This document shows, in pieces, positions 23,029 to 36,770 of a stretch of DNA of 64,000 bases. Numbering within the stretch: position 1 is the first letter of the stretch; every line of letters begins with the position of its first letter. The DNA is from Octopus sinensis (taxonomy: Eukaryota): the NCBI RefSeq assembly GCF_006345805.1, contig NC_043011.1:29896464-29960463 (forward strand). The letters are read 5' to 3'. The notes beneath the pieces were generated by a model, which had not been told where the DNA came from, ran no database searches, and saw only the letters and a program-made list of their open reading frames with translations. The position numbers were made by a program, and so were the translations under genes.

Positions 23029-25577
23029 TATACACGATAACTGTATAACATGAACCTAAATGGGGTGGGTGGAGTTTTATGTAGTCCTTCCGCCTGTTAA
23101 AAAGAATGGCCAAATCTCCCTCAGATAATAATTTACCATCTTAAAGGAGAAAATGGAAAATAGGACACACTAGGTAATGTAGATGATGCAGGGCTGAAGT
23201 TAAACCTTGTGAGGCCCCACAGCACTTCATGTTTGGCAGATCCCTCATGTGCAATAATTAAAATCCATAACAAACCATTAAGTTTCCATTTCAAAACTCA
23301 TTTATTGTATGTAACTGAATTTGGCAAGTCAGCAGATAATATTTGAATTTACAACTTTTGTTAATAAAAATAGCATCTTCAGACTTAACTGTCCAAATAA
23401 TTTCGTGAGGGAAGAGAGTATTTTGGAATATAATTAAGATATGTTACTGTTAGTAATGGTCCTTGAGTTATTTATTTATATTTTGGTTTCAACATTTTTT
23501 CCCTGTTTTTTTTTTTTACATCCACCTATTTATGATCAGGAATTAATGGTTGTAAACATCCACTGAGTTAACAACTAATGTTTGACAGAGATAGCAGCAA
23601 ACTAGTGAACATAGACAATCTGAAAGAAAGAGATTAGTGAAAGTGAAAGTGGAATCTAATGTTGCAGAAAAGCACCAGCAACAGTGCCAGTCCTCAAATA
23701 ACTATCATTCATGAAAATTTTTGCAGAAGTAGTAATGATATGATAAACAACAACATCAGCTAAATTTATATTTCGTTTTAAACAATAACACAGAAATAAC
23801 AACATATTATATTACACTGAGAACATATTATATAACACTGACAAACAATTTGAAATATTTTCTAAAAAAAAAATGAACTCCAAATTCTAATACATGAAAA
23901 GTATTAACAGAAAACAATTAAATTAAAAACTTAATGAACTGTATTTGAAAAATTAGAGTGATCTTTTGTGTTAGAAACATAATTGAAGCATCAATGAAAA
24001 TATTTTTTAAAAAAACCTTAATAATGGGGAGTATACAAAAATAACTTGTCTACCCGGAATGACCAAAATGAATAAGCTAATGCATAACAGTAGGTATTGT
24101 TATAGATTCATCTCTGTTTTTCAGTAGTGTCATTTAGTAACTGTATTAATGTAGCATCAGCGAAAATATGATATCTATTATAAATCAGGATAGCTACGTT
24201 TTTCTTTTTATACATTCTCCATTATTGTTGGCTTTCAATTTCATTGTTTTACTTATTTATCCCTAAAATCAAAAGATTTCCAAAATGAACTTTTCATAAC
24301 AATGAATCATCATTTCAAGAGAACTCCTTCACCAACAAAATGATCCACAACTCCCAAAATTAATTCAGATTAGTGCCTCAGGAGATGCTATTTTGATGGA
24401 CAAAAGGGAAATTGGGATCTAAGACAGAATTATTGATCAATCTATTTGTCTTCAAAGTAACAGTGCAATCTACACAAGGACTCCTAGTATTATTGAAAGT
24501 AGTAAAATAAGAAATACAAGCAGGGCTGTCTTAAGAGCTTTATAGGCTATCTTAAGGGCTATCTTAAGAGTTTTATGGCAAAGCAAAATACTTGGGTCTC
24601 TACAAACCACCACAAAAACTGTGATTTGTATAAATATAATTATAGAATTAGAAACTGGACTTCTCAAATGATTAAAAAGATAGAATAAAAAAAATTCTAG
24701 TGTTATTCGACTTCGTTAAAAGATCATCCCTCTCTGGGACGGTTGAGAGTGTTGAAAACTTATCCCTGAAAAATATAGAAGTTTGGAGAAATGTCTTTCC
24801 AGTTTCCAATACAGTATAGTAATTCAAGTGCTTGATAAAGTAGAATAGTACAAAATGATGAAATTATAGAGGAAAAAATAAAGGAAAAGATTAGGTTTAA
24901 GGAAAAAGAAATTTGTACATATATGTTATAATTCCAGAACTAAAGAAACATCTGTTTTAACTGTTGTGAGATGTAATTATATAATTTAAACTAAATTAAA
25001 AATTCCAATTTTGCAATATATATACAAGTACTTACTTGTTCTCTCATAAATGATGCTGCAGTTTAGGAATGGCAATATGTGTGCATGCATGACTGTGTGT
25101 CTTTAATTGCAAGTTGTCATTGCCAGATACTTGCTTTGGTCATTCACAGAAAAAAAGACTTAAGAGAATTTGAACAAGAGACTACTACTTTCTATCTGTC
25201 TCTTTATTGCTCTCCCTTTCTATCTATCATTTTATATATGGATACATATACATAAACACACATGTATATGTGTGTGTGTGTGTGTGTGTGTGCACATAAA
25301 TGTATGTGCATATTTATACACACAACATATGCATTAATAATAAATAGTACTGAATCTTTTCAGGAGTGTTTGTTTTTTCTTTTTTTCTCTTTTGCCTTGT
25401 TTTTTTTCTTCTTTTCTCTGTTTATTTCAATATTCCCCAAGAAATTTTAGTTACCTTTGGGACTGGGTAGCTAGCTGCTTTTTGATTGCATAAATTGGTA
25501 TCATTAACACACACAAAAACAAAACACTGCTTAATTATCATAAAAGAGAATCTGATACATTTTTAAAGAAGTCAATA

Positions 25578-25798
25578 TATGAGGGGAAGCTGAAAAGCTC
25601 CTGGCATTAATAGTGTTGCAAAAGGCCTGGTCGGAAGTCCAACCTTCCAAGTTCTTTTACTGGGCTTTGAAAAACTGAAGGACTGCTGCAATAAGTGTGT
25701 GAATCTGAGAGGGGAATATGTTGAAAACAATCATAATTAACTGATCTATCAGTATTTTCTTTTACTCAAAATCAAGAACTTTTCACCATCCCTTCATA
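25578..25798 (+). mobile_element. Mariner-derived MITE, copy 2
   Basis: Homologous to 18139-18362; TA-flanked TIRs. Confidence 0.8.
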
Positions 25799-26789
25799 TA
25801 TGTTTGTATTTTGATAGAGGGCCCCTTCATGCAAGAATGTTGGGATCAGGAAATGTGAGTTCTGTGTATGTAGTAGAGAGCCCTCAATATCTGAGATGCC
25901 CAAGGCCATTGCCCCTTTTGCCCTCTCCAGATCCTATAAATCTGGATATGAGTTCAGTATAACCTTACAAATAAATATAGTGACAGTTCAAATGCATTCA
26001 CGCCTAGGTTTACTCGATTAAGACTGCTCTGGGGTTAAGCAAGAACTACAACCAGTGTAAAACCTGTATAGTAAGAAATGTTTATTCTCTTTGGTCAAGA
26101 TTCAAATGACAAATGATCATAAATATTCCCAGCTGAACTTGGGTTATAAAAAGTTACAATGTGGAAGTATTACAAACAGACACTAAAAAATGCAAAAGGT
26201 CAGATTAAATTATTAAAGCATAGAATCCCTCGAAAACAAAAGCAAAAAAAACTCTCACATTGACATTATCACAGAAACGCCACAGTATGTTATAGGCAAA
26301 TAACAGACCATCACCACCACCACCACCACACCACCACCACCATCATCATTGTTGCTATCCTCATCACATTTGCTTCTCAATGCATGTAGTGTGTGTGTGT
26401 GTGTGTCAATGTGTGTGTATGTGCACATGTGCATGTGTGGTGTGTGTGTGTGTTTGTGTGCGTGTGTGTTTGTGTCCACCTCCATCGTCAGTTAAGACTG
26501 ATAAGCAAAAGAGACTGATAGAATAAATAACAGGCTTATAAGACGTGTCTGCTTGCAGGATTAGCTGAGAGTGTGTTGGGAAGGAGTCATTTTGGATCGG
26601 ATACCCTTCTTAATGTCAACCTTGCCTGTTGCCAGATAAGACAATAATCTCCTAGTCTATCAAACTGCAGACAGCCTGGACATAATTTCATTGGGAACTG
26701 CAAGTAAATAACACCATTTAATGCATCACTACACACGTTTCCACAATTCACATGTCTCTTAAGTTCACAGTCTGTATTCCTGGGACGAT

Positions 26790-27010
26790 TACAGTGTTGC
26801 CAGTACCACCTGACTGGCCCTTGTGCCGGTGGCATGTAAAAGCACCTACCACACTCTCGGAGTGGTTGGCATTAGGAACAGCATCCAGCTATAGAAACTC
26901 TGCCAGATCAGATTGGAGCCTGGTGCAGCCATCTGGTTTGCCAGTCCTCAGTCAAATCGTCCAACCCATGCTAGCATGGAAAGCAAAAATTAAATGATGA
27001 TGATGATGAT
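26790..27010 (+). mobile_element. RTE-type 3' tail element
   Basis: tgtgccggtggcatgtaaaagcac...cagattggagcctggtgcagcc...(GAT)n. Confidence 0.85.
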
Positions 27011-27832
27011 GTATGTATGTATTGTATATTAAACCCAAGCTGTTATATTTAATTTGTTTATCTGTATAATTGCCTATCTGTATGTATGCATGTATGTATG
27101 TATGTATGTATCTATCTATCTATCTATCTATCTGTCTATCTATCTATGTGCATGTGTCATTCTGTTTGTGTTTGAACCCACCACCACTTGAGAACCAGTG
27201 TTGGTTTGTTCATGTCACTGTAGCATAGCAGTTCAGCAAAAAAAAAAAATAACAAAAACCAAAAGAGAAAAAATACCAGATTTAAACAAACAAAAAAAAA
27301 TGTATTGAGATCAGTCTGTTTGACTAAACTTCAGAAGTGCTGCCCCAGCATGGCCATAGTCCAGCGACTGACACAAATAAGATATAAAAGAAGAAGGAGA
27401 AACTGTTCTGTAATGAAACACAACAATGATTAGCATATTCATATAGCAATCTGCCAGAGCGTATTACGAATAATTATGCAGATCGTCATTTTGATTTCCA
27501 ATGTCAATCTTATAATCTATACGCCTTGTCAAACCTTTAGACACATAATCATATTGGTTACTTTTGGGCAAAGTTGTCAAAGTTTAGAAAGGGGTCAAAG
27601 TATGTATGTTTTGCATAAATAAAATTCCTTAAAATTTGCCATTTCAACTCAGTTGTAAAATAAGAAGAAATGAAAATAGAAAATAGAAAATTAATTATTT
27701 TCAACATTCTTCCTATCAGATGCCTATACAAAGACTCAAGATGGGAGAGTGAGATATGATTAATAGATTTTGATATCGTGAACAATGTGACAGGTCATAC
27801 GATGTCTGGTCCAACACCGCTCAAGGCTCCAG

Positions 27833-27834
<2 letters not shown>

Positions 27835-27876
<42 letters not shown>

Positions 27877-27905
27877 TAATAATAATAATGATAATAATAA
27901 TAATG

Positions 27906-27942
<37 letters not shown>

Positions 27943-27992
27943 GTAATTACTACTGCTGCTGCTGCTACTACTACAACTACTATGACTACTAT

Positions 27993-28065
<73 letters not shown>

Positions 28066-28067
28066 TC
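27835..28067. repeat. Compound (AAT)n-(ACT)n-(GCT)n microsatellite
   Basis: Direct reading. Confidence 0.95.
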
Positions 28068-28442
28068 TTATTGTTACTTTTGCAAAAAAGAAATGGTATG
28101 GAAGTATGCACAGAAATGTGTGTGTGCACAAACACACACACACACACATGCATATATTACATATTCTGATATGCTGTATATATCTATGTATGTATGTGTG
28201 TATGTATATATATATATATATTATATATATATATATATATGTATATACTTACGTGTATGTATATATATGTATGTGTGCATGTGTATACATACATACATAT
28301 AAGTATATATATATATATGTATGTATACACACACCCACATACATAAATGTATGTGGGTGTGTGGATACATACATATATATATATATATTATATGTATGTA
28401 TGTATACACATGCACACATACATATATATACATACACGTAAG

Positions 28443-28490
<48 letters not shown>

Positions 28491-28773
28491 CACACATACA
28501 TACATAGATATATACACACACATATATATTATATATACACATGTGCATATATCGATACACACATACATATGACAGTAATTATATGGCAGGAGATATATGT
28601 ATATATAACGTGTATTCAGCTCTCAAGATATATGAGGACCTATTAGATATGAAAATAAATGGTTGTGGCAATGATATAGGAGAACACGTGCATATGAGTG
28701 AAAACAATGCAGAAGATATAAATAAAAAATACAATACATAAAGTAAAATTGGTGGACTTGGAAGAGAGGAAGA

Positions 28774-28818
<45 letters not shown>

Positions 28819-29617
28819 GATATATGTATATATGTGTGTATGTATGTATACACACACACACACATACATATATAGGTTATATTGCATATCAGAATATGTA
28901 ATAAATGTCTAAACAAAGATGTATGTTGTAAACTATTTCAAAGTTAGACCTTGATTCTAAGATATTTTGTATATTATGGAAGGTAAATTATGTGTGCATA
29001 CACTTAGACACATTCATACAAACCACAAACAGAGAAACATACACTGATATATAATTATATATTATATATATATATATATACCCACATACACACACATGTG
29101 TGCATGCACACACATATATATGTAGATACATATCTGCACACTTCTATAAATGATAAATACACAGAATAATAGCAATGTGTAAATTAATGAACACACCAAT
29201 ACGTATGCATATATTCTGAAATACAGACACACACACATGCTCAAATGTACATACAAACTCTTATGTTCATCGTGAAGTCTATGTATATGCACGAATATGT
29301 ACACATATTTTAAAAACTCCATTCAGGTACTTGCATATATAATGCATATGAAAAGCACTGATAAATACACACAATCCAAATATTTGTCGTGTGACTGGCT
29401 CAGAAAAGACATTGTGGCCATAGAAAATGTATGTGTGTGTGAGTGTGTGCATGTGAGTATGTGTGTGTATGTGTGAGTGTATGTGTGTATGTATATAATA
29501 ATATGAGATGTTTTGGTATTCAGACGACCTAAAAGGCAGGTGAGGCTATGTAAGTGCTATGGAAGGACCACTGTTAAGCTCCCAGTTCAATAATAGCATG
29601 TGTAAGGATATATATAT

Positions 29618-29816
29618 ACTCTTTTACTTGTTTCAGTCATTTGACTGTGGCCATGCTGGAGCACCACCTTTAGTCGACCAAATCGATCCCAGGACTTATT
29701 CTTTGTAAGCCTAGTACTTATTCTATCGGTCTCTTTTTCCAAACCGCTAAGTTACGGGGAAGTAAACACACCAGCATATAGCATTATTTGGGGGATAAAC
29801 ACAGACACACAAACAT

Positions 29817-29865
<49 letters not shown>

Positions 29866-30031
29866 TACGGAGGGCTTCTTTCAGTTTCTGTCTACCAAAT
29901 CCACTCACAGAAGCTTTGGTCGGCATGAGGCTATAGTAGAAGACACTTGCCTAAGGTGCCACATAGTGAGATTGAACCTGGAACCATGTGGTTCATTAGC
30001 AAGCTACTTACCACACAGCCACTCACATGCC
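29618..30031 (-). mobile_element. SINE family A (full length)
   Basis: Reverse-complement full-length match. Confidence 0.9.
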
Positions 30032-30085
<54 letters not shown>

Positions 30086-30417
30086 AAAGTGCATGGCTCA
30101 GTGGTTGGAGAGTCGAGCTTACGATCTTGAGGTTGTGAGTTCAAATCCTGGACCGGGCTACATGTTGTGTTCTTGAGCAAGACACTTTGTTTCTCATTGC
30201 TCCAGTTAACTCAGCTGTAGAAATGAATTGCAATGTCGCAGGTGTCAAGCTGTATAGGCCTTTGCCTTTCCTTTGGATAACACTGGTGGCATGGAGAGTG
30301 GTGGCCGGTATACATGGGCAACTGCTGGCCTTCCATAAACAACCTTAACTGGACTTGTGCCTGGGAGGGTAACTTCCTAGGTGCAATCCCATGGTGAGTC
30401 ATGACCGAAGGGGGTCT
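30086..30417 (+). mobile_element. tRNA-derived SINE family D
   Basis: tggctcagtgg A box, gagttcaaatcc B box, gtgttcttgagcaagacactt core; second copy split at 48755-48779 + 49415-49720. Confidence 0.8.
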
Positions 30418-30434
30418 GAGCATGTATGGAATAT

Positions 30435-31040
30435 GGCACTTTTGTCTTAACCACTTTAGTCTAAAACACTTTGGTCTCATAGAATTTTCATCTAAAGACA
30501 CTTTCATCTAAGCATTTTTGTCTAAAGACAAAAAGGATTATTAGAGTATAGTTATTTAGATCTTTTACATTGTTTCTTTGAGATTCTGTAGACAAAATAG
30601 TTATTAGACCAAAGTGAGTTTAGATAAAAATGTCTTTATACTAAAGGGTATTTAGACTAAAATCTCTTTAGACAATAATATATTTATTCCAAGTGGAGGC
30701 ACGTGGCTTAGTGGTTAGGGTGTTGAACTCATGATTGTAAGGTTGTGGTTCCAATTCCTGAACCGGGTGATGCGTTGTGTTTTTGAGCAAAACACTTCAT
30801 TTTCACGTTGCTCCAGTACAATCAGCTGGCAAAAATGAGTAATCCTGCGACGGACCGGCGTCCCATCCAGGTGGGAAATTTCTATGCCACTGAATCCAGG
30901 AAACTGGCCCTTATGAGCCTGGTATGGCTCGAGAAAGAAAATTTATTTTTTATATTTATACCAAAGTCACTTTAGACCAAAGTTCTTTAGACCATAGTGC
31001 ATTAGACTGAAATGTTTTAGGAGAAAAGTCCTAGATCCAT
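30435..31040. mobile_element. Foldback-like element built of ~15-bp ttagaccaaagtg units in inverted arrays
   Basis: Left half has gtctaaa..cacttt units, right half has ttagaccaaagt units; weak terminal inverted match; interrupted by SINE C. Confidence 0.5.
30693..30951 (+). mobile_element. SINE family C with TSD
   Basis: tggcttagtggttaggg head; TSD atatttattccaa (30680-30692) / atatttataccaa (30952-30964). Confidence 0.85.
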
Positions 31041-31879
31041 GTGTGTGTGTATCTGTGTGTGTGTGTATAATCATCGTCATTTAATGTCTGTTTCTCATGC
31101 TGACATGGTTTGGACAGATTGACCAGAGCTGACAAGCTGGAGAGTTGTATCAGATTCCAGTCTGATTTGGCCTTGTTTCTACAACTGGATACCCTTCACA
31201 ATGCCAACCACTTTACAGAGTGTGCTGGATATTTTTAATGTGGCACCAGCACAGGCACTTTGTACATGGATGAGCACAAGTATTTTTATGTGGATCAGCA
31301 TGAGAATTTCTACATGGACTGGCGCAAGTGCTCTGTACATGGACCAGCATGAATGTTTCTATATATGTATATACATGTGTGTGTGCATGTGTGTGTGTGT
31401 GTTTTTATGTATGTATGCTTGTATGTATGTGCATATGTCTTTGTATTTATCTCCTCCACCATATGACAACTGGTATTGGCTAGTTTATGTCACCATAACT
31501 TAGTTGGTTGACAAAAGAGGCTGAGAGATTAAGAATCAGGCTTTAAAAAAAAGGACTGGGTAGAGGGAGTCAATTTTTTTCAACTAAAACCCTTCAAGGC
31601 AATGCCCCAGCTTGGCCACAGGCCAGTGACTGAAACAAGGAAATGATAAAAGATTTTAAAATGTGTGTGTGTGTGTGTGTGCCTGTCTGTCTGTTTGTCT
31701 GTCTATCCGTGTTTGTGGTTGTCGCACCACACCATCATCATTTGAGAATGACAGGCAAAAGAGATTGATTGAATAATTACAATGGGAGCTGATTTGTTTT
31801 TTAAACTCTTCAAGGTTGTACTCCAGCATGGCCACAGTCTTCTGACTGAAATAATTATGAGAGAAGATAAAATATACGA

Positions 31880-32900
31880 TAGAATTAATGTGTAAAGAAC
31901 ATTTCAGAAACATGATTCATCTCTTTTATTATCCAGTGTGCGATGTTAATAACCTGCAAATATATTTCTCCTCATGCATTTTGAGTATTGAAAGTTTTGC
32001 AGATTCAGAATATTTTCTGAGAATATGCACTTTCAAATCATTTTCAAAATTGCAGCCATTTGAAAACAAAATGTTTGGCAAGTTTTGTCGAACTATTGTC
32101 ATTGTGCCTGACATCATATCTGTACCCATTAAATCTTTTGTTTAATTGTTCTGTAGTTCAACCTGCATAAATCAATTTGTGATTTGCACATTCTGTTATG
32201 TACACCAAACGGGAATTTCTACATGTCCCTCCTTCTGAATAAATCATAGCATTTCTGTAATGATCCCTGATGGAATTCACTTGACTCATATTGCACAATG
32301 AACAGGGCTTACCTGCATGAAGGTTTGACTTTCTTTGCTAATCTTAGCTATCACATTTGCTATTTCCTTTAATTGGGATTCACTGTAACCGCGTTTGGCA
32401 TAATGGCGTACAAAAGCATTTGCATGTTTCCAGTAATCCCCTACTATGTCAGTACAAATCCATTTAATCCTCAAAAATTGGGATTTTGGATTTGACCGAA
32501 TTATATTTTGGTCAAATCCGAAAACCTGAGGAGAAGTAGAAGGATGACGATGAAGACAACAACTTTTTAATTTGGTTACGGAAGGCTGCAGATCAGTAGA
32601 GAATGAGCACAGCTCATTGAAATGACCCTAGTACACAACCGGTACAACCGGTTACTAACTCCTCTCAAAAGATGAAAGCCAAAGCCAAACACCACACAGT
32701 GTTTTTGTATCCAAAACTGAAGAAAGACATAACTCTGTATTGCCATGTACAACTTCTAGCACTTGTTTCCTATCCCTGTGGATTACATTCCCTGTAAAGA
32801 ATAGTTGTGTACCAAATGAATTAAAAGCTTCGTTAATAGCTTGTTTAAATAACCATGTGAGGAAAGATTTGATTTTTAAAATCTTTATATTTCAGGCGTG
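31880..32900 (-). mobile_element. Penelope-like element, decayed RT/GIY-YIG fragment
   Basis: RIKWICTD..F..HYAKRGYSESQLKEIA (PLE RT C-terminal RGY motif) and FSNGCNFENDLKVHIL..KMHEEKYICRLLTSHTG (GIY-YIG C-terminus). Confidence 0.75.
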
Positions 32901-33052
32901 GCTGAGTGGTAAGAAGCTTGCTTACCAACCACATAGTTTTGGGTTCAGTCCCACTGTGTAGCACCTTGGCCAAGTGTCTTCTGCTATAGCCTCAGGCTGA
33001 CCAAAACTTTGGGAGTGGATTTGGTAGACAGAAACTGAAAAAAGCCTGTCGT

Positions 33053-33235
33053 CATCATCATCATCATCCTTTAACGTCTGCTTTCCATGCTGGCATGGGT
33101 TGGGCGGTTTGACTGGGGACTGGCAAGCCAGGAGGTTGCACCAGGCTCCAATCTGATCTGGCAACATGTCTAAAACTGGATACCCTTTCTAATACCAACC
33201 ACTCCAAGAGTGTAGTAGGTGCTTTTTACATGCCA
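33053..33235 (-). mobile_element. RTE-type 3' tail element
   Basis: (ATC)n + tttaacgtctgctttccatgctggcatgggttgg. Confidence 0.8.
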
Positions 33236-33271
33236 TATGTATACACACACACACACAAACATATATATATA

Positions 33272-33304
<33 letters not shown>

Positions 33305-33510
33305 GTTGATCCAAATATGAACAAAGAGAAAACACAACAATGCGAGGACGTGGAATAAGTATAGTGTTATTGGACGCTCAGGAAAGGAAAGACAGAAGGA
33401 GGATTTCACATTTCGAGTGGAGTTCTTCGTCAGAATTATAGAAAAAACAAAAAAGTCCAAAGAAGGGAAGACGGAGAAAGAAAATTGCTAATGATACACA
33501 CGCGGTCAGA
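33305..33510 (-). mobile_element. PLE-associated tail repeat with a decayed hammerhead motif
   Basis: Minus strand CTGACGA a gaac tcca ctc GAAAT gtg at 33403-33437; (TA)n flank. Confidence 0.55.
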
Positions 33511-33823
33511 TCGATAAATAGATAGATAGGAAAGATAGATAGATAGGTATGCGTGTATGAATGAATGTATGTATGTATACGTAGCTATGTGTTTTTGTCT
33601 TTGTGTCTGTGATTGTCCCTCCACCACTACTTAACGACTGGTGTTGGTGTATTTACTTCCCTGTAACTTAGCAATTTGGCAAAAGAGACCAACAGAATAA
33701 GTACTACGCTTTAAAAAAATATAAGCCCTGGAGTCAATTTGTTTGACAAGAACCCTTCAAGGAGGTGCTCCAGCATGGCCACAATCAAATAACTGAAACA
33801 AGTAAAAGAATAAAAGAATTACA

Positions 33824-34048
33824 CATTATTTACATTATTTACGTTATTTACATTTGACAGATATTTTTCCTCATCTTGTTTGTTGTTAACACAACATTTC
33901 GGTTGATATATCCTCCAGCCTTCATCAGGTGTCTTAGGGAAATTTCGAACCTGGGTTCTCATTCTAAGGTATTTTTCGATATTATTATTATTATTATCAT
34001 TATTATTATTATTCAGGTCACTGCCTGGTATCGAACTTGGAGCAGTGA

Positions 34049-34104
<56 letters not shown>

Positions 34105-34274
34105 TCGAAAAATACCTTAGAATGAGAACCCAGGTTCAAAATTTCCCAAGACACCTTATGAAGGCTGGAGGGTATATCAGCCGAAACGTGTTAACAACAA
34201 ACAAGATGAGGACAAATATCCATCAAATGTAAATAATGTACATAATTCCTCATCTCTTAAATATAGAACTGTAT
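33824..34274. mobile_element. Head-to-head palindromic dimer of a hammerhead-bearing SINE-like element with a 13-bp TSD
   Basis: ~200-bp inverted arms; apex carries a B-box remnant (minus GTTCGATACC); TSD taaaagaattaca at 33811-33823 and 34275-34287. Confidence 0.85.
33888..33933 (-). ncRNA. Minimal type I hammerhead ribozyme motif
   Basis: gacac CUGAUGA a ggcug gaggauauau caacc GAAAU GUU guguu; stem I gacac/guguu pairs; stem II has one mismatch; 2-bp helix III. Confidence 0.7.
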
Positions 34275-34717
34275 TAAAAGAATTACATTCAAGACCGAAA
34301 ACAGGACTCATGACCTTTTACAAGGCTTCCAAGACTGATGGACTGGTGGGAGAGAGGATGGAAGGCATCAACAAAGTAGAGATCTGGCCCTAGTGCTTGC
34401 AACAGCATAGAACTCACAAAAGGTACTCAATATGGCAGGTGTTTGTGATGAGTTGGACAATAGATTAAGTCTTACCAACCAAGTAACCCCGAGAATGGGA
34501 ATTTGGACTTAGAACACAAATAGCTGGAACAAATATCATAAGGCATTTAGTCCTAACAGTTTTTCCAATCCCCACCCTGGATCGACATTTTTTTACCAAC
34601 TCAGAAAGGATGAAAGGCAAAGTTGACTCTGAGGAGATTTGAACTTAGAACATAAAGAATCAGAACAAATATCACAAACCTCTCAATATGATGCATCCAT
34701 GACTCATCATTAAAGCA

Positions 34718-35525
34718 TTAATCCTCTTTTCAGTTGAAAAACTCTGACTTTTTTCTAATTAATTTTGAAAATAATGAGGAATTTGATAAAAAAAAAACCT
34801 GTCATTATTAAACTGGTGTTTAGAAGGCAGTGAGCTGGTGGAATCATTAGCTTTGAAGCATTTCATATGTCTAAATGTTCTGAGTTCAAATTCTGCCAAA
34901 GTTGACTTTGCCTATCATCCTTTCAGGGTCAATAAAATAAGTACCAGTTAAGCACTGGGGTCGATGTAATCGACTATCCCCATCCCCAAAATTTCAGGCC
35001 TTGTGCCTACAGTAGAAAGGATTATATAACTGGAACAAATTGGAACAAATTTTGGTGTAAGATTTTTATTTAGATCACTTTAAAACAGAGTTTGTGCCAC
35101 AGAACCAAGGGCAGTCTCAGGTGCTTTGGTATCAAAAGGGGAGAACTTTTCTTCTAATGGTTTTATTGAAATACACTGTCTTTGTTTCAATTCGTTTTGA
35201 AAATAAAGAGTTTAGTAAAATAACTTCGTCATTATTAATCTGGTATTTAGAACAAATCATCTTGAAATTTTGATTGAAGCTTTTAATTTAGATCAGTTTA
35301 ACTCTTATGTTAGCATATTTCTGTTGAAATATTCTGTCTTTGTTTCAAATTGATTTTGAAAATAATAAAGCATTTAATCATGCAATTTTGTCACCATTAA
35401 GTGGGTAATTAGGGAAAATAAATGAACATGAAATTTTGATGAACAGTTTGACTTTATGTCACTTCAAAACAGATCATTTATATCAACACAAGGGACAGTC
35501 TGTCAGTCTCGGGTGGGTTAGTATT
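34718..35525. mobile_element. Cluster of three TTAA-type MITE copies, the first interrupted by SINE B (34826-35030)
   Basis: Repeated gttgaaat.c.ctgtctttgtttcaatt.attttgaaaataa...atttagatcactttaaaacag...ggtatcaaaaggg; related copy at 50817-50950 starts ttaaccctttt. Confidence 0.65.
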
Positions 35526-35609
35526 GGAATGAACAATCCTGTTCAGCTTACATAAACATTTGCAGATATATCCAACTACTTAAAATATTCATATTCATTT
35601 TAGCATGGT

Positions 35610-36770
35610 ATGACAATTGCCTTGTGCTTTATTTATTTTTGATTTTTACCTCACGATAATCGCATACAGCTATGCCAGAGGGATATTTTAAGTGGACATT
35701 ACTTTCATACCAATAATTTCATAACACAACAGAGTAGGTGTTTCTTTTATTTTTTTCGTATGTTTCATTAAAGAAATCTGCATAAAACTGAAGTTTTGCT
35801 GAGTTGCTTTGGGCAAGAGCATCTATGTAAGATTTTCTTGTAGGGCTTTCTCATATTCTTGAATGACAAGAATCAATCATGACAGAATCTCAACATTACA
35901 GATCATAGAACATTTCTGAATTCATATACATTTCAGCATATAACAATTACGTTGTGTTTTATTTATATTTGATTTATTCCTCACGATAGTTGCAAATAGC
36001 AATGCCAGAGGAATATTTTAAGTGGACATTACTTTCATATAAATAACTAGCAGTATCGCCCGGCGTTGCTTGGGTTTGTAAGGGAAATAACTATATAAGC
36101 ATTTTTAGAGAGTTACTTCCTTTATAGATGCCAATTCGGGCTTTCTTAGCCATTTCTGTTTTGGTGTCTTCAAGCCATGAAGTCGTTGTTCTAAAAGAAC
36201 GCTGGTCTCCTTGACAACGCATTACGACGTTGATTTCCTTAAACTCCCTTCCCCACAGCTTCACGAGGGAGGGAAGAAGGGGGAGAAGCAAACACAGGTG
36301 CAGGTGTTTGAGCATGGACGCCAACTCCGCCGCCATCGACACACGAAAAATTATGCATTAAAATGGAATAAAAAATTATGTTAAATTATTTTTAAAATCG
36401 TAGACTCATCGTAGACGCGCACTAATACTCAGACAGGCTCGATATGAATCACGACTATAAGATACCTGAATTTGGTTAAACTGCACCGCAAAATGTGGGA
36501 GTAGTTAGGAATCTAAATCGAAGGGGACAGACACTCACACAACTACAGTTTTATATATATAGATTTCACAAACAACAGGATAGGCTTCTTTTTTTACATA
36601 TATTTCATTAAAGAGATCTGCATAAAATTGAAGATTTTCTGAGTTCCTTTGGATGAATGTATCTATGTACGCATGATATTCTTGTAGGGTTTTCTTGTAC
36701 TCTTGAGTGACAATAATCATTCATGACAGAATCTTGACATTATAGATCATAGAACTCTTCTGAGTTCCAA
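35610..36770. repeat. ~330-bp tandem duplication; copy 2 split by a Helitron
   Basis: 35610-35940 aligns to 35941-36046 + 36564-36770. Confidence 0.8.
36047..36563 (-). mobile_element. Non-autonomous Helitron (same termini as 22635-23028, different interior)
   Basis: A|TCTATATATAT...cccaagcaacgccgggcg..CTAG|T; the empty AT site is visible in the paralogous repeat unit. Confidence 0.9.

Noticed and set aside
27760-28916. Numerous poly-YI/CV/HT, poly-S and poly-Y ORFs here and throughout the track
   Set aside because: Stop-free frames of (TA)n, (TG)n, (AAT)n and (ACT)n repeats
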